DNA of 64,000 bases from Klebsormidium nitens (Eukaryota; Plantae; Klebsormidiophyceae), in contig DF237333.1 in the NCBI GenBank assembly GCA_000708835.1, forward strand, positions 26,001-90,000. The letters run 5' to 3'. Positions 60,701 through 64,000 of the stretch are shown one piece after another; the stretch's first letter is position 1, and each line of letters begins with the position of its first letter. The translations under genes were made by a program, and so were the position numbers. Below the pieces are notes generated by a model that saw only the letters and a list, made by a program, of their open reading frames with translations, had not been told where the DNA came from and did not search any database.

Positions 60701-62785
60701 AAGTGTTTGGACATCGCGAGACGGGCAGAATCACAACCTCGTGCAGTGAAAGTTGACGTTCAATCTTACTAGGTCATCCAATTAGTTGCTTAGAACCAGG
60801 TTGAGCGCGCAGGATTCCGTAATTTACAAACTGCTCGCTCGCATTCTGCATTACTCTAATATCTGAAAGCTTACGGGCCCGTTGCCTGCAAACGTTTGGG
60901 TAGTTCTTGAGCAGCAGTGAATGATCTCCGTTTCCATACAGTACGTGTATGACATCACCAAGGCGGCCGGCACCGCGGGCCCCCTCCCGACGCTGACCAA
61001 GGCCACGTGGCGGGCCCACGAGGGACAGATCACGGCGGTGCACCGCAGCGCGTTTGGAATCAGCCTGCTCACGGCGGCAAGCAACGGCAACATCAGAATG
61101 TGAGCTGAACGCCTAGTCGGCCTGCTTAGTGCTACTTCTTTATCACAGTTGAACAGCAGGAGCCGTCGTTGGTTGGAAAGTGGCCGACAGGGGATTGGAG
61201 GGTTGCCTTGTAAATCGAGCTCTAGTGTAGAGCTTTTTGTAAGAGAGTCTGAAGACTGCTTTACACTCTCGCGTCGATGCCTCGAGACAGTGCTCGGCGG
61301 TCGAACACGCTCCTGCTTCGAAAACCTTGATAACGGTGAAAACGTGGATGAAACACTTCGGATTGTAACCTTCACTACTCATCCTGTCCTCTCATGTGAA
61401 CGAGTATGCCACTTCAGACGACAACTCCGATTGATTCCTGTCTCGTGTGTCTGCCAGCTGGGACCTGCGCGCCAAGCCGAGCGCCCCGCAACCTTTCCAG
61501 GACAGTCTCCAGGTTGAAGACGTTTCGAACAATTTAGACGTTTATGTCAACAGAGTGTGACTGGTTACAAAGCGCTCTGACTGTTTCTTCTCATGTGCGT
61601 GCCAGCTGGGACCTGCGCGCCAAGCCGAGCGCCCCCGCCACCCAGTTCCAGCACGGGCGGTCGCTCGTGACGGGCCTCGATCTGCTGGACCCCAACCGGC
61701 TGGCCTCCACCTCCGCTGACGGCACCATCTGCTTGTGGGACATCCGAGGTGAGCGTTTTGTAGACTTCTGGATTTGGTGTAACGGACACTATGCAGATAC
61801 CCTGACGCTTGCAGACGTAGGCAGATGCTGCCGTGCAAGTAGTTCTTCGGCTGGACAAGATATGTCACAGACGAAGCCTCTTGTTGTTGACATCGACGAG
61901 GAGTGTGCAGCGGACACTTAGTGGCTTCTTGGTTCATCGTCCTGGACACACTCGAAAAAAACACTCTTTTCCGCTAGGGGACTCACTTATCTCTTTCGGC
62001 GGGACCGCGGCCAGCTGTCTCGGTGGTCTCTTGAACAGTGGCCGACGACTTGCTTTTACTGGATCGGACCGGGGGACGAATAAAGGCTTGGTATGCTGAT
62101 TGCTGCCGGTTTTCCACGCAGGTGCCGCGTCCGCCACCCAGACTTTGACTCCCGACCAGAAGCCAGTGACCCGCCTGTCTGCCAGCCCGCTGAAGGACGC
62201 TCTTGCCATTACCACTGGAAGAGGTATGGCCAATTTCATTCTGCTTTCTTCTTAGTGGCAGCCCGACAGAGCTTTAGGCTCAGGAAGTAGGTCCTTTCCC
62301 TTCAGCTTAGGGATAGACGCTCGTAACGAAGTCAGCACAAGTTGGTATCTAGTTTTTAGATTCCTTGTCCTTAGCATCCAGCGTGTTTCGCTTTCTGGAT
62401 TACATGCTGGCATTGTTGCTTGGGCGAAGACTCTGCAAAGAAAGCATGGTATGAATATAGCGGTGTCCTTATTGGAGGGTCTTCACGATCTCCCTCGCTC
62501 CATGCGCAGCCCTCTTAACAGCTGACCGCTTTCTCAGGTAAGCTTGTGCCCAGACTCTGTTCTCCAACGTATCTACTTGCAGGACATTCAGGATCACCTT
62601 CTTCCATCTTTGCAGGGCTGTACTGCCTCGAGCTGTCTGAAACCAGCGACTCTCCCCCTGCTTGCTGCCCTCTGTCGCCACTCCCCCCGGTCGGTCCGAG
62701 CTTGGGGCTCCGCTGGAATGAGCGCACCGGCGAGATCTACGTTTCGAACCCGGATGGCACAATCACAGTCTACCACAGGAAGTAA
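54800..62785 (+). CDS. WD40-repeat protein with short N-terminal domain and Pro/Ser/Gln-rich linker, ~522 aa
   Basis: Seen: exons 54800-54955, 55834-56160, 56559-56762, 57106-57255, 60405-60563, 60942-61099, 61606-61748, 62122-62223, 62616-62785, phase-consistent. WD motifs AHEGQITAV...AASNGNIRIWD and LASTSADGTICLWDIR. Extra exons in intron 57256-60404 cannot be excluded. Confidence 0.85.
61440..61500 (+). repeat. Decoy copy of the acceptor plus first ~35 nt of WD40 exon 61606 (148 bp upstream)
   Basis: Seen: GCCAG|CTGGGACCTGCGCGCCAAGCCGAGCGCCCC at 61458 and at 61606. Confidence 0.9.
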
Positions 62786-64000
62786 AGTCGTTGAAACAAG
62801 GAACTTTCGAGGGGAAGATTGATTGTATTACGGAAGGAGAACATACGCAACGTGCGTTTGTTGCAAGTCAAACTACCTTAGGAACTTTGCACGTGTAGAA
62901 TCTCGGTTGCGCTGATGAGTTTGAAAGTCTTCGTTGCTGTCATTGCTTCGCATGTTGTCTTCGCATCTTGCTCAGCGGCTGGCGAGTTCTGATGGCGTGA
63001 TGTGCGTGGGCTCTGCCCGCTTAGCGGCCTGGTTTGAGTATGATTGCAAATATGGCCATGTCTCTGGATGCACCTTGTAAGGAGACAACATGCCGCTCGC
63101 TTCGGTTACCGTGCCCCCCGCTGAACAAAGAAGATTGGTCACATATATTGATCAGCCCACGGTGTACTGTTTTGTCACGCGGCCTGTTTGCTCAAACCAG
63201 CCTGTGCTTTGCCAGCCCTGTTGATGTGTCCTTGTGTATAGTGGCTAAATATGGCCAACTCATCTTACCAAGAAAAGAGTGCAGATCTTAGTGCACGTCC
63301 AGCTTCGAGATACTGGATGAGGAATTGCATGAGGAATGCTTACACATGTAGCTCTATAAGCATAGGACGTTCATAATAGCTGCTGGACTGCATGATTGAA
63401 TGCGGGGCGCGCTGGCGCCTTGCACGGGCAACTTGATGCTGCAGCACTATCAAAGCGAACCAACTCAAGAACACACATGCAGGCTGTGCACTGACCGCGA
63501 TCGAGCTGCTCAATCAGGCTGTATCGCAACCTGAGATCTGATACACCTACCTACCATGAGGATCGCGGCATTCCACTTCCACGAGAAGGCCTGAAGTGTG
63601 CATGGGAGCTAGCCCAGTACTGCAATCAAGAGGCTCCAGTGCCGCTCGATGCGACCACGGCGGCGGAGCTAGCCTGTGTTTGAAAGGATTCCGCCGGATC
63701 GTGCAGGCGCGTGGAATGCGGCCAAAATTCGAGTTCCGGCTGTCCCCTTTCCGTCCAACGGCCTCGACCGGACTGAAGGAATTGGATAATATACATACAT
63801 ACATCTTTTTTTTGTTTTGGGGTTGACCGTCTAGCACATGCAGCTCGTCAGGTGGAAACTGCAGACTAGCATACGCCTCAAGGGCAGAGCCTACCGGTGT
63901 ATCACACCGATGTCAGTGCAAAGGTTTCTTTCAGAATATGGGAGCACGTATCATATTGTCCGGGAGTCGATGCGACGCCGTTTGGTCTGATGACCAGTGA

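Noticed and set aside
62800-64000. Short ORFs at the right end
   Set aside because: No motifs or exon-like codon bias; probably 3' UTR or intergenic.

Overview
Intron-rich eukaryotic DNA, probably a streptophyte green alga such as Klebsormidium (inference from plant-type DCL1 and NIT4 genes, GC-rich exons and ~50% GC introns). I built five spliced gene models by hand, with consistent splice phases. (1) A vWA-domain protein with a Q/G-rich N-terminus (-, 2483-5860). (2) A very large DCL1-like Dicer (-, 7482-39849; 23 exons, ~2550 aa, an 11.2-kb intron and several long acidic inserts). (3) A NIT4-type nitrilase (-, 42147-45193), with a 63-aa ORF just upstream on the same strand. (4) A bacterial-type right-handed beta-helix protein (-, 49583-52150; 5' end unresolved). 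(5) A WD40 protein (+, 54800-62785), which also has a decayed partial copy at 46020-46770. Main unexplained signals: an imperfect foldback inside a Dicer intron that pairs best on the Dicer pre-mRNA strand; a separate 58-bp near-perfect hairpin downstream of a TATA box (candidate MIR locus); and six loci in three genes where ~130-180-bp units straddling a splice site are tandemly duplicated, leaving decoy acceptors or donors. One of these loci duplicates the RNase IIIa catalytic helix next to an assembly gap. No rRNA, tRNA, CRISPR array or recognisable intact transposon was seen.
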